Assembly (NCBI GenBank): GCA_964291415.2 | Contig: OZ219920.1 | Location: 704,001-768,000, forward strand | Reading direction: 5' to 3' | DNA: 64,000 bases | From: Alphaproteobacteria bacterium | GTDB lineage: Bacteria > Pseudomonadota > Alphaproteobacteria > SP197 | Shown here: piece after piece, positions 63,640-64,000 of the stretch | How positions within the stretch are numbered: position 1 is the stretch's first letter | Layout of the letters: each line of letters starts with the position of its first letter | Program-made: the position numbers and the translations under genes | The notes under the pieces: generated by a model | What the model was told of the DNA's origin: nothing | What the model saw: only the letters and a program-made list of their open reading frames with translations | Databases searched by the model: none

Positions 63640-64000
63640 ATGGTGTCGACGGAGTATGATGCCTACTACGCCGTCATCCGCCGGATTCCAAAAGGAAGGG
63701 TCATGACCTACGGAGATGTCGCGCGGGCCGCCGGACTTGCGGGCCGCGCCCGCCGGGTCGGCTATGCGCTTGCCTGCTGCGGCGATCCCTTTCTGCCCTG
63801 GTGGCGGGTGATCAACGCACGGGGCCAGGCAAGCCGCAGCAACGGCCGATCCATCGGCGCCGACGAACAGGAACATCGCCTGAGACGCGAAGGCATCGCG
63901 ATCGATGAGTCGGGCACCATCGACCTCGCCCGGTACCGTTTCGTCGTCGACCCCGACGAGACCGAAGGCCCTTGTCCGCAGAGGCGTGGTCCGAACGGCG
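63640..64000 (+). CDS. alkyltransferase-like (ATL/MGMT-family) protein, runs off the window end
   Basis: Manual translation: IP.GRV.TYG.VA..AG....AR.VG.AL...LPWWRVIN..G; Trp in place of the catalytic Cys of PCHR. Confidence 0.85.
   Translation, partial: MVSTEYDAYYAVIRRIPKGRVMTYGDVARAAGLAGRARRVGYALACCGDPFLPWWRVINARGQASRSNGRSIGADEQEHRLRREGIAIDESGTIDLARYRFVVDPDETEGPCPQRRGPNG

Overview
High-GC bacterial chromosomal segment. It is most likely alphaproteobacterial, judged by the hflK-hflC-DUF2065-degQ-miaA-ilvIHC synteny, mreBCD-mrdA-rodA, and groESL with CIRCE and RpoH-type promoters. 1-16.7 kb: catabolic region for methylated or amide compounds (GlxA-type regulator, N,N-dimethylformamidase-like subunits, amidase, orphan CoxL-like molybdoenzyme, RidA, DddQ-like cupin, CocE/NonD hydrolase, flavin reductase, PhyH dioxygenase, two SDRs lacking the catalytic Tyr). 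17.4-21.9 kb: a visibly more AT-rich accessory islet (AlbA_2/Schlafen-HATPase, dual-OB-like protein, two different DUF488 proteins, AAA_14-DUF4143), the best candidate here for an uncharacterised defence or DNA-damage system. 22-40 kb: housekeeping genes interrupted by an MNT-HEPN module with a clear double operator. 41-57 kb: tRNA-Lys, Rieske oxygenase, betA, and two groESL operons. Between the two groESL operons lie an atypical his operon (long HisG, HisA-HisI-HisE triple fusion), mtnA-CMD-HisD-like genes and a frameshifted OmpA lipoprotein. 57.5-64 kb: polyamine-type ABC transporter, aminotransferase, thiol-redox genes and an ATL protein. All family calls come from motif recognition by eye; no database searches were run.
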